Assembly: GCA_001600695.1 (NCBI GenBank)
Contig: BCKQ01000016.1
Coordinates: 55,151-119,150, forward strand
Direction of reading: 5' to 3'
Origin: Ascoidea asiatica JCM 7603
Lineage: Eukaryota > Fungi > Ascomycota
Length of the DNA stretch: 64,000 nucleotides
Positions 47,992 through 58,030 of the stretch are shown here, piece by piece. Position 1 is the first letter of the stretch, and each line of letters starts with the position of its first letter. The notes under the pieces were generated by a model. It was not told where the DNA came from and did no database searches. It worked only from the letters and a program-made list of their open reading frames with translations. The position numbers and the translations under genes are program-made.

Positions 47992-49149
47992 TTATGTTTC
48001 TCCAAATAAAATATATCTCAAAATATCACTTAATGTTAAAAGTCCTAGTAATTTTCCTTCATTATCTATTATAAATAAACGATGCAATTTTGAACTTTTT
48101 AAAGTTTCTAAAATTGTTGATAATCTATCATTTAAAGTACAAACATGGACTCCTTCAAATGTATCTGGTCTTTTCATTAATGCTTCACCAACTGTTAAAT
48201 TTAATTCATTACTATTTATACCTGATTTAACTAAACTTAAAACATCTACTGCTTCATAAACATTTAATAATTTAAATTCATCATCAACAATTGGTATTGA
48301 AGATATACCTTTAATTGCTAATAGATTTATAACATCTTTAACAGGAGTATTCATTTTTGCAATTGATAACTCTTCATATTTTTTTTCAAATTTTATTGCA
48401 TATAATGGTTTCATTAACATTTTTGTTTCTTTACAATTTAAAGAAACAAATTTTAAAATACGATATTGTGTTAAAACACTAACAATAATTTCTCTATGAG
48501 TGGCTTTATCTTCATCAACTAATGGAATTCTTCTTGCTTTTGTTTTTAACATTTCATCACAAGCTAAAAAAATTGAACTAAATGGAGGTGTTGAAATTCT
48601 TTCAATTGGTTCAACTCCAATTATTTTTTCAATATCTCTCAAACTATCTAATGTTAACTTGTCTAATCCTGTATCTGCATTGACCTGCTGTTGTTGTTGT
48701 TGTTGTGGTTGTAGACCTTGCTGCTGTAATTGTTGTAGTTGTTGTTGTTTGGAATGATATTGAATAACATTTATAAAATCAGCAGAAGTTAATAAACCTG
48801 CAAATCTTGAAGTCTTAGAATTCCATAAAGGAGCAGAAACAATTGAATTCTGTAATAAAATATTTAAAGACCTTTTAACGGATAAAGAAGTATCTAAAAC
48901 AATTAATCTGAAAGAAACCGGTAATACATCATAAGAAGATTTTGATTTTAAAAATAATCTGATTGCTTGAATTGCATATGCTTGATCCCTATTTATTTGC
49001 TCTTGAGTTACTCTAACATTAGTTATAATATCAATATCTTGTTTTGTATTACTAGATGAATTCTGATTCTGATTCTGATTCTGATTCTGATTTTTATTAC
49101 TAGAATAAAGTTGTTGTTTTGATGGTATTTGATTGGAATCTGTAGACAT
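47992..49149 (-). CDS. SNF4: AMPK/Snf1 gamma subunit (CBS domains)
   Basis: SYDVLPVSFRLIVLDT.L.VK.SLNILLQN.IVSAPLW, VSVLTQYRILKFV.LNC, NVYEAVDVL, LTLSDIL.YIL. Confidence 0.97.
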   Translation of the reverse strand: MSTDSNQIPSKQQLYSSNKNQNQNQNQNQNSSSNTKQDIDIITNVRVTQEQINRDQAYAIQAIRLFLKSKSSYDVLPVSFRLIVLDTSLSVKRSLNILLQNSIVSAPLWNSKTSRFAGLLTSADFINVIQYHSKQQQLQQLQQQGLQPQQQQQQQVNADTGLDKLTLDSLRDIEKIIGVEPIERISTPPFSSIFLACDEMLKTKARRIPLVDEDKATHREIIVSVLTQYRILKFVSLNCKETKMLMKPLYAIKFEKKYEELSIAKMNTPVKDVINLLAIKGISSIPIVDDEFKLLNVYEAVDVLSLVKSGINSNELNLTVGEALMKRPDTFEGVHVCTLNDRLSTILETLKSSKLHRLFIIDNEGKLLGLLTLSDILRYILFGET

Positions 49150-49653
49150 CTTAATATGAATATTTGAATTATTGACTTTACCAATATATCTAATCTATTA
49201 ATAAACTATTATCAGTAGATAATAACACTCAATTTTTAAGTAAATAATTGAAATTATGTAAAGGAAAATCTTAAAGTTCAAAATAAAACTTTCTATCTTA
49301 TTTAATATGATTGAGTACAAATTTAGTTATTCTAATATTCTGCTAGAAAATTGAAATGTAATAATTTTATTTTCCCTTATAGAATAGATATAAAACAGTA
49401 ATAGAGCAAATTCAAAACTTCAGAATGAGAAAGATGAATATAAAGACGAAGTTGGAATGAAAATGAAGGTAAATCATACGAATTAAGAGAAGAAGAAACA
49501 GAAGCAAGACTGGAAGCAAGATTGGAAGAAGAAGCAAATGCAAAACTGGAATCAGCTAACTACAACTCACTTGCACGAATACTCAGAAATAGGATTCACA
49601 AGCCTGAAAACAAGAAGAAAAAGACAGAAAGAGCAAAGAAAAGCTCCGCACAC

Positions 49654-49671
49654 TGAGTAAGCGCTGAGTCA
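49654..49671. promoter_or_regulatory. Tandem bZIP-type sites (TGAGTAA, TGAGTCA) in the SNF4/RPB6 divergent promoter
   Basis: CTGAGTAAGCGCTGAGTCAG inside a local GC-rich island. Confidence 0.4.
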
Positions 49672-49970
49672 GCACAGACATAGATCACGTAAGAATGTAG
49701 GTAATCCGGACTTGTATTAATTCCGCGGCACGGAAATGTAAAAACAAAAACAAAACTTTTTTAAATCTAATGCGGAATATAAAATAGTGGACGCGGTCAA
49801 CGGATTTGAGATTTATTTATAAATTTATGAAAAATATTTATCAAATTCAAAAAACTGTCGGTAGAAAAATTATTGGCTTTGGTGATTGAAAAGGGCCAAA
49901 GTCTAAGTTTCATTCAAAAGACTAATGAGCTATTTTTTATAGAGTTACATTTTAATATAATTGGAGAAAT

Positions 49971-50426
49971 ATGAGTGAATTCGATGATGATAATGTTGTC
50001 ACTGGTGGTGACGATTTAAATGTTCTTGAAGAGGACGATGAATATTATTCTGATGAACAATTTCTAGATCCAGAAGAAACTTCTAAAAAGAAAAGTAATT
50101 CTAATAAAATCAGCATAGAAGAAGATGATAATTTACAGGAGGTACAAAAAAAGAGAAAATCTGTGAAAGAGTTGGCCATACCCAAAGAAGAAAGAACTAC
50201 AACTCCATTTATGACAAAATATGAAAGAGCGAGAATTTTAGGAACAAGAGCTTTACAAATTTCAATGAATGCTCCTGTTTTAGTTGATATTGAAGGTGAA
50301 ACTGATCCTTTACAAATAGCTATGAAAGAATTAGTTCAAAAAAAGATTCCATTAGTGGTTAGAAGATATTTACCAGATGGTAGTTATGAAGATTGGGCTT
50401 GTAATGAATTAATAGTTGATAATTAA
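49971..50426 (+). CDS. RPB6: RNA polymerase I/II/III common subunit Rpb6 (Rpo26)
   Basis: [29 protein letters not shown]...[32 protein letters not shown]. Confidence 0.98.
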   Translation: MSEFDDDNVVTGGDDLNVLEEDDEYYSDEQFLDPEETSKKKSNSNKISIEEDDNLQEVQKKRKSVKELAIPKEERTTTPFMTKYERARILGTRALQISMNAPVLVDIEGETDPLQIAMKELVQKKIPLVVRRYLPDGSYEDWACNELIVDN

Positions 50427-50731
50427 TCTCGTATCTCATAATTCTAACTTTAATTCATTTCATTCATATTTCATTAAATTTTTATAAAAAAATATACTAG
50501 AATTATATACTTAGTTATTTTTCAACTCAACTAAAAATATTTTCATTTTCAATATTTTTTTATTGTATAATAAACAAAAGTAAGATATAACAAAAAAAAA
50601 GAAATAGAAAAAAAGAAATAAAAAAAAAATATAAAGTATCAACTCGTTTTTCATAATTATTTATTCAAGTTTAAAAATACTTACTTACTTTTTCTTATTT
50701 TAATTTTAATTATACTTTTACTTTTACTTGA

Positions 50732-51373
50732 TTAATCATCTCTTATAGTATTTACAAATCTATCAGCTAAAAATATCTCAGTTCCATCCATTTCAATTTT
50801 AATGAACCCCTTTAAAGCTTCAGATATATCATTATCTTTCATTCCAACATTTTTTAAACTTTCTTTTAAATCATCTACATTGATTTTTAATTCTTTAGAA
50901 ATTTTATTGATACCAATTGACTCGTCTAATTCCTCATAATTTGAAATTTTATTTGATATTGCACTTTTATTTCTTTGATGTTTTGAAATAGTTTCATTAT
51001 TATTTGAAATTGAATTAAAAGAAGAAGTATTAAATACATGAAAAGCTTTCAATAATTCATCTCTTGAAGATAATTCACCTAATTGTTTTGACATTAAACT
51101 TAAAAAAGTAGCAAAAGTGATTTCTTTATCAGAATTATTATCATTATTATCATTATTATCATTATTATTTTCAAGAGAAGAATATGATAACATTTTATCA
51201 ATTTCATCTGTATCTATTTTTTTATTTAATTGTTTAAAAGTATGAATTAAATCATTTTTTGTTATTAAACTATCATTATCATTATCAATTGAAGAAAAAG
51301 CATCTCTTAAATGAGTGATTTGATCTTGAGATAATTGAGAATAAAGTTCAGATATATCAGTTGTTGAAGACAT
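50732..51373 (-). CDS. MLC2: Myosin II regulatory light chain (EF-hand)
   Basis: LSQDQI..LRDAF..ID.DND..IT..DL; ITFATFLSLM; ELLKAF.VF. Convergent with RPB6, as RPO26/MLC2 are in S. cerevisiae (YPR187W/YPR188C). Confidence 0.8.
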   Translation of the reverse strand: MSSTTDISELYSQLSQDQITHLRDAFSSIDNDNDSLITKNDLIHTFKQLNKKIDTDEIDKMLSYSSLENNNDNNDNNDNNSDKEITFATFLSLMSKQLGELSSRDELLKAFHVFNTSSFNSISNNNETISKHQRNKSAISNKISNYEELDESIGINKISKELKINVDDLKESLKNVGMKDNDISEALKGFIKIEMDGTEIFLADRFVNTIRDD

Positions 51374-52721
51374 TATTATAATATACGAAGATTAATTCAA
51401 AGATCAATTCATAGGTAAATACTATTCAGATCAAGATCAACAAAATTCATTAAATGATTGATTATCAAATCGTACTTAAATTTTTATTGTTTTTGATAAA
51501 TTGAAGGTAAACTTCAAAATATGTAAACAAGAAAGATTTAGTTGATTAGTTAAGTATCTTTACAGTACCGTGATTGAATATTTATCCGCATAAAAAAGGT
51601 TTCTGCTACAAAAAGATTATCGACAAACTATTTAATTGTTCTTTTGGTACTAGATTTCGATCAGATGCTTGTTTTTATTTTATGTGTTTATTCACCTTGC
51701 CTCATAATTCTTTTGATAAAAATTGAAATTCATTTTATTTTGATTTTATTTTATTTGATTGATTATTGAATATATAAAATATCGTCAAGATTGGTGTTTT
51801 CTTGCCACGACTAAGTGCTGGATATGCTCACATGACCTCATTCGGGAAAATATATCTCCTTCCGTTAATATCCGAGTTAGATGCTGGAAAACATGCTTAA
51901 TTCCAGGACATAAAAATAAAGCCTGCGCCACAATCCCCTGTATGTATCTGCTTTAACACGTTTGTTACTGTTCCTGGCATTTCCGGAAGTTATCTGCGAC
52001 TTATGCCAGTTCGGAAGCAGCCGAGCGGTGCTGAGCGGTGTGGCTAGCCAACCAACGACTGGAATTGTTGCCAGGGGCCGCGGGGACACAGATCCTGGAC
52101 CAGGTTGCCCAGTGTCCCAATCAGGCCTATGACGTACCGGCTTCCAGCGGTGCTGCCCAATTCAGAGCTGCTCTGCTGCAATTCGGCCTGGTAAAGTTGC
52201 AATTCCACTGCCTGATTTTGCCCTGTTTAGTACCTGGAACAGTTACTGTTTTCTGCACTTACAGTACTTTACTACCGCTAAGCAACTAAAGTATATCCAC
52301 TGTTTTACTCCAAGTTGCACACTGTACCCGAACAAAAATTAGCTTTTATATACCATCCATCACCTTTCTTTACCAATTAAATTTGCAAAAAAAAAATTAT
52401 TTTTATTAATCACTTCTGATTTATCATTCTGAGTAAAATCTAAATAATTTATAAAACAAAAAAATCTCAAATTTCTCAAATCTATTGATTTATTTTCTTC
52501 AATATTCTTCTGAAAATAATTCCCATTTAAAATTCAACTATTTCAATTTTTCCTCAATTTTTAGATACATATGAAGATATACTCTTTAAAGAGATACAAA
52601 ATCACAGTCAATGATTTATTTATTTTTATATTTTAAAATCTATTAGTTCTGGTTCTAGATCAACTCGATTAATTTTCTTACAGTTTTCTAAACTTTTTAT
52701 AACTTTTATAAAGTTAAAATA

Positions 52722-52813
52722 TATTTTTTATTCAATTAACTTATAATTACAAGCTTATCAAAGGTATTTTTTATTCAATTAACTTATAATTACAAGCTTA
52801 TCAAAGGTATTTT
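52722..52813. repeat. Perfect 43-bp tandem duplication
   Basis: TATTTTTTATTCAATTAACTTATAATTACAAGCTTATCAAAGG at 52722 and 52765. Confidence 0.92.
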
Positions 52814-52897
52814 CTATTTAAATTTAAAAAAAGCAATCATTTATATCTTCATTCACCATTCATTATCCTTTACTTTTTATTTCTCGATTTCAAAACA

Positions 52898-53035
52898 ATG
52901 AAAGATATTTTAAGAGACGTTAGTAATTTCTGGCAATGTTGTAATTGTGATGCTGAAAATGCTATTCCTGAAGATACAAAATGTGAATATTGCCATCATA
53001 TTCCCTGTGATTTATGTATATCTTATGTTACTTAA
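52898..53035 (+). CDS. 45-aa Cys/His-rich putative double zinc-finger microprotein
   Basis: MKDILRDVSNFWQCCNCDAENAIPEDTKCEYCHHIPCDLCISYVT*. Strong start context CAAAACA-ATG, AT3-rich codons as in neighbouring genes, and pattern W-x-CC-x-C-x3-N-x7-C-x2-C-x-H-x2-C-x2-C. Below the ORF-track size cutoff. Confidence 0.75.
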   Translation: MKDILRDVSNFWQCCNCDAENAIPEDTKCEYCHHIPCDLCISYVT

Positions 53036-54079
53036 TCGATTCAATCAATCAAAATTCAATAACCGATATTCAATAATCAATATTGATTATTCAATATTCA
53101 ATAATCAATAATTTATAATCAATATTCAATAATCAATAATCAATAATCAATAATCAATAATCAATAATCAATAGCCTCATTTCACTAATAATACTCTTTC
53201 ATAATCATACTCTTAATATACTTTCAATCATACTATTACTTATACTCGTTATCATACTTTTACTATATTTTTACAAAAATCAAAATAAATAAGAATAAAT
53301 ATTCGAAAATAAAAAAAAAATGAAAAAAAAATGAAAACCCATGCTACTCTCATATTATATCTTTCTATCTGATCTACATCAGGGCCAGTTGCTCTTTTTT
53401 TCAAAGTAAATTTAAATACACAGCTTTTTTTCCTCTTTTTTCTTTTATTTTTTTTTTGGGGTTGTATTTTCCTTTGTTTTCTTTCAATTAGTCTATTTTT
53501 TTTATAATAGAATATTCTTAAATACCAAAGAAAAAAACAAAAATAAACTTACTCAAATATACCTTTAACCTTTAAATTCACCTTTAGATTCACTTTTTAA
53601 GGGTTCAGATTTAAAGTTCAACGGTTAATTGATCTCCTCTGATCTCCTATAAAATTCTTAATCTATGAATAATGAACAACTAATAATTTGTACCCACAGA
53701 TATTTTAATAATATTCACAACCAATCTTTCTATATAAAGTAGACCATATTATCTAAAAATGTCTTTATTATATAGTACAATTCTAAATGAAATTTAAACC
53801 ATAACTCTTAATACATTTTTAATAACTTAATTGATGGACAAATCTACTCATTTGACTCATAATGTAATTATATCTCTTTTGAATTATAATTTATTATTTA
53901 TTGCTCTGAAAGATATTGATCTCAATTGACAAATAAAGAACAATTAAAGTGATATTTTTATCACTTACCTATATAAAATACATAAAACACATAAAACACA
54001 TGAAAAAGAAAAAATAAAAGAAAAGAAAAAAGAAATTCATATACACACTACAATTTACTTTTCTATAATTTATATGATA

Positions 54080-57000
54080 CTAGTAAGTCAAATTATTAAT
54101 ACAAACACAACCACATCCTTGTGGACAAAAAGTGTTAGCGTCTTTGAACCATTCTTTCATACAATTATTATGCAAAATATGATTACATTTGAAACAAATA
54201 AAACAAAGCTTTTTCACAGGCAATTCACAATATCCACAATCATAATTATGTCTAGAAACAAAACTCCCATTTTCTAAAATAGTATTAAAGCTCTTTTTTG
54301 TAATCATTTTTTGAACTGAGCCACCCTGAACCTTATTGTAAGAACTATATTGAACTTTACACTCTTCAAATTCATTCGATTCCAAAGTTTCTTTTGCTGT
54401 TATATTAGGATAGTTGTACTTTAATACTTCTATTCTTTTTATAGGAAGACCCCAAAACAAAAGAAGATCAGCATATCTTTTTCGAAAAAGATCAGATAAT
54501 TGATTCAATAAAGGATCTAATAAAGGTGAAGGTTCTTGATATCCATGCACTGGATTATTATAGTAAGTTTCGAACTTTATTTCAGGAAAATCCTCAAATT
54601 GATAAACTTCTTCAATATAATATGGATTTTTTTTAAAATCATCCTCATTTTCAGATGTGATGCTTACTGCTTTACGATTCAGTAATACTGTATCTTCCAT
54701 AGGCTCTTTTTCTGAAATAAGACTTTCTTCACTCAAGCTATCAAATCCATATTCTTTATTTTTCATCGGAGAAAGGTTTATTTCATGATCCATAATTCTT
54801 TTATGGGAATTTACTTTTTCTTGAATTCTTGAATCGGAAGTGAACTTTGTATAAGGGGAATGACAAGGAAGCTCATCAGGTGAAAACTTTTTTAATAAAG
54901 GGTTAAAATATAATATACAACTAATCATAGCAAGCATTTGAATATTGTCTGTTCTGTAAAAGTAATCAAAAATATCAACAACTAGTTCATCACTTGAATC
55001 CGAATAATATTCCCAATCAAAATATTCACTTTGCAAAGATCTATTAGCTTGGGGATATTTCAGTAATGCTACTGCAATGATTTTCCAAGCATTACTAATT
55101 GTACTTGATCCATGAGCAGTAGAAACAATGGAATTAAACATAGCCATTTGCTCGGCTGAAAAGTTTCCAACTAGAAGATTATAGTTATTTCCAAGATCTC
55201 TCTTACTGGGGAATAAGTCTGTAAAATCTAATAATCCAACTATAGATCTAATTTCTACTTCTACTTCTTCTGTTTTAAAATTAGCTGCTGCTCTAATACC
55301 TCCTCTCATAGGATAATAATGCATATCAGTGACTTCTTCTCTGACCGTAGAGAATCCAAATTCTTGGCTACTCTCCCCTGCGCCCGGCTCATACATATTT
55401 TCCCAAAGTTCATTAATATCAGAATCATCTAGCTCATCAGAATCATTATTTATTGAGTCATCTAACGATGTTATATCTTCTTCAATCTGCGACTTCTTTT
55501 TAGAGCTAACATAATCTAACTTATAACCTGAAGTATTTAATTTATTGCTTTTAGAAAATCCATTCACTTTGCTAATTGAAATATCAGTGGGAGAATTGAA
55601 GAAAGTGATTAATTGACCACCAACTGACCAACAAGCTCCTGAATTAATAATAGGATAGGGCAAATTTTTAGCTGTTTGCAAATTGAAGTTTGGATCCAAT
55701 CCAGGATTCATATCTTCGTAATCACTAGCAGAATCATATAGCAAATATCTTTTACTTTCGTATCCAAATTCTCTGCTGTCATAACTTCCAACATCATCAT
55801 CTACGTTGTCATCAAGCTCACCAAGTCTATTTTCATCAAGCCCTTTTGAGGAAGTCGACTCCTCCAAATCTTCAAACGGTATATTCAACCCTAAGAGATA
55901 CCCAAGGCATGGTTCTAAGCAAAATTTTAGGGCATTCGTAAATTTAAAGGCAATTTCATGAAGTTTCTCCCTTACTTCCTTTAAATTCGATATTTCCTTA
56001 TTGTCTTCAATATAGAATTTTGGGCAACCTTTACGTGGATATGATTTTGGGAATATAATAGTAGTTCTCAAAAATTGAAATTTTTCGTCTTCATCTTTGT
56101 AAGTAGTTAAGTTTGAGCTACTTTTTTTTTTGATTCCATCAATAAATAACTTATTAGGAGCAAATTTTTTAAGAGAAATATCCTCTTTATCACTATCTTT
56201 GGCGGCATTATTGGAAGATAAAGAAGATTGCTTTATGTGCTCATTTAATGTATTTTCCAAAATCACTGGCTCTCTTTTGACCACTGGTGAGTTTAAAGAA
56301 AATATTAGAATCCCACCTAAAATATCAATTTCTTCAAAACGTATTTTGCTCTTCAAAACAGATGCAACATGACTAACTTCTTCTGCCAAATTATTGTTAT
56401 TTTGTTCAGAACTAGTTAAAATTCTTTTATTAGGGCTATTATCCTCAAATCCTTCATATCCCATTCTTATACCGGAAATCCATTTTAAATGTACATCATT
56501 TTGTGTAGCTTTATTCACAGCGGAATAACCCGAAAGATTATAGTTACTCTGTGGTTCATTCACAAACGTCACATAATCAAATTTTCCTACTTTGCCTGAA
56601 TTTCTGGATGAACTTCCATTTCCTTGTAAAATATCATTATCATATTGTGAATTTCTCAGATAAGAGAGATTGAAATATGTCTCATTATTAAGAGGTGTAA
56701 GGGAAAGTTTTTGATCTCTAGAATAAGTTACAAGCTGATATTGAGATGTATTTGAGTCGTTATTTAAGTACCTTGATCTCCACAAAAAGTCGCATACCGG
56801 CTGAGTATGACTTTGAAATTTGCGAGCTGGATTCAACTTAATGGGGGTTGCATTATCTGGAGGCCTTTTAACTAAATAAATTGAATTGTCTCCACATCTT
56901 AAAGGCATTATTCCACAACCATGTCCAAACGGTAAATGTCTAGCTCTTGCAACAGGAAAATCTGTTTTTATAATGGATTTTGGAGATTGAGCATTGTTAT

Positions 57001-57697
57001 AATCCCAATATTTAACCGTACAGTCATTTGAACAAGAGATGATTTCGGTCTCATTTTTCTTGCTGAAATCCAAGCCATTTATTTTTGCATTATGGGCTTC
57101 GATCCTAACTACAGGTTCTGCTTTATTTCTTAGATCCCAAATATAAAAGTGAGAATCATGACTACTTGCAAAGATGTTTTCATTTATATAATTCCATTTC
57201 ACCTGTGTTGCAGCTGATCTCCAATCCGAACAGATTAAAGTAGGCTTCAAAAACTGCGTCCTCAAATCCCAAATCGATACAAAACTATCAACCGAGCAAG
57301 TAGCCAATAAATTTGGATTTGTTGTATGAAAATTGATATCTGTTATTGCTCTGGAATGACCATGTAAAATATATTTATGAGCATCATTAGAACTTGAAGG
57401 TTTATTTAAATCCCATATTATTGCCTTTTGGTTTGATGTTGAGATAACCCAAGAGGAAGTTTGAGGGTGAGGTGACCATTGAATATCGGCAACTTCCCAA
57501 GGTGTTAGATGAGGAATCATTCTTGGAGAATGAAATGGATCATCTAAATCAATTATATAAAGGCCTTTTCTTCCTGCCAAGGCAACATCTCTTCCCCAAG
57601 GAGAAATTGCCATTGTTGTCACTGAACTAACAGCACTGATAGTGATTGACTTATCAAAAGTAATTGAAGTCCATGGTGAGTTTTTTTCCCTTAGCAT
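54080..57697 (-). CDS. MTC5: SEA complex (SEACAT/GATOR2) subunit Mtc5/Sea3 (WDR59)
   Basis: ISP.GRDVALAGRKGLYIIDLDDPF.SPR...HLTPWEVADIQWSPH; WD40 repeats; RWD-like FPKSYP; IQMLAMISCIL; C-terminal RING C.H..H..C..EWF...CP.GCGC.C. First ATG at 57697. Confidence 0.93.
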   Translation of the reverse strand: MLREKNSPWTSITFDKSITISAVSSVTTMAISPWGRDVALAGRKGLYIIDLDDPFHSPRMIPHLTPWEVADIQWSPHPQTSSWVISTSNQKAIIWDLNKPSSSNDAHKYILHGHSRAITDINFHTTNPNLLATCSVDSFVSIWDLRTQFLKPTLICSDWRSAATQVKWNYINENIFASSHDSHFYIWDLRNKAEPVVRIEAHNAKINGLDFSKKNETEIISCSNDCTVKYWDYNNAQSPKSIIKTDFPVARARHLPFGHGCGIMPLRCGDNSIYLVKRPPDNATPIKLNPARKFQSHTQPVCDFLWRSRYLNNDSNTSQYQLVTYSRDQKLSLTPLNNETYFNLSYLRNSQYDNDILQGNGSSSRNSGKVGKFDYVTFVNEPQSNYNLSGYSAVNKATQNDVHLKWISGIRMGYEGFEDNSPNKRILTSSEQNNNNLAEEVSHVASVLKSKIRFEEIDILGGILIFSLNSPVVKREPVILENTLNEHIKQSSLSSNNAAKDSDKEDISLKKFAPNKLFIDGIKKKSSSNLTTYKDEDEKFQFLRTTIIFPKSYPRKGCPKFYIEDNKEISNLKEVREKLHEIAFKFTNALKFCLEPCLGYLLGLNIPFEDLEESTSSKGLDENRLGELDDNVDDDVGSYDSREFGYESKRYLLYDSASDYEDMNPGLDPNFNLQTAKNLPYPIINSGACWSVGGQLITFFNSPTDISISKVNGFSKSNKLNTSGYKLDYVSSKKKSQIEEDITSLDDSINNDSDELDDSDINELWENMYEPGAGESSQEFGFSTVREEVTDMHYYPMRGGIRAAANFKTEEVEVEIRSIVGLLDFTDLFPSKRDLGNNYNLLVGNFSAEQMAMFNSIVSTAHGSSTISNAWKIIAVALLKYPQANRSLQSEYFDWEYYSDSSDELVVDIFDYFYRTDNIQMLAMISCILYFNPLLKKFSPDELPCHSPYTKFTSDSRIQEKVNSHKRIMDHEINLSPMKNKEYGFDSLSEESLISEKEPMEDTVLLNRKAVSITSENEDDFKKNPYYIEEVYQFEDFPEIKFETYYNNPVHGYQEPSPLLDPLLNQLSDLFRKRYADLLLFWGLPIKRIEVLKYNYPNITAKETLESNEFEECKVQYSSYNKVQGGSVQKMITKKSFNTILENGSFVSRHNYDCGYCELPVKKLCFICFKCNHILHNNCMKEWFKDANTFCPQGCGCVCINNLTY

Positions 57698-58030
57698 GTT
57701 CCTTAGTTGAATGATTAGAGAAAAAAAAAACCCCTTCAATTATCTTTGCTTTAGCATTTAACCAAAATGTTATTTAAATACTTTTACTTCTTTTTTTTAA
57801 TCAGCTCTGCTTTCAAGAAATCGTAGAAGATGATTGTAATTTAATATTCGCTGATTTATTGGCTTAATATTGAAATGCCATAGGCTCAACATTGTAAAGT
57901 TGTTTGGGGTACTTTTGAGCTCAAACAGAAACAAAACCCTAACATAAGCTTGCTTATGTCAGCAGAGCATATTTAATACTGTGACGTAACGTAACGTTGT
58001 GTTAGCGGGTGCTGGCTGAATATATTTTTC

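Noticed and set aside
48500-48757. Poly-Cys, metallothionein-looking ORF
   Set aside because: It is the antisense shadow of the SNF4 poly-Gln (CAA)n tract.
14516-52813. Tandem repeats at 14516 and 52722 as CRISPR-like arrays
   Set aside because: They have 2-3 adjacent copies with no spacers, in a eukaryotic context.
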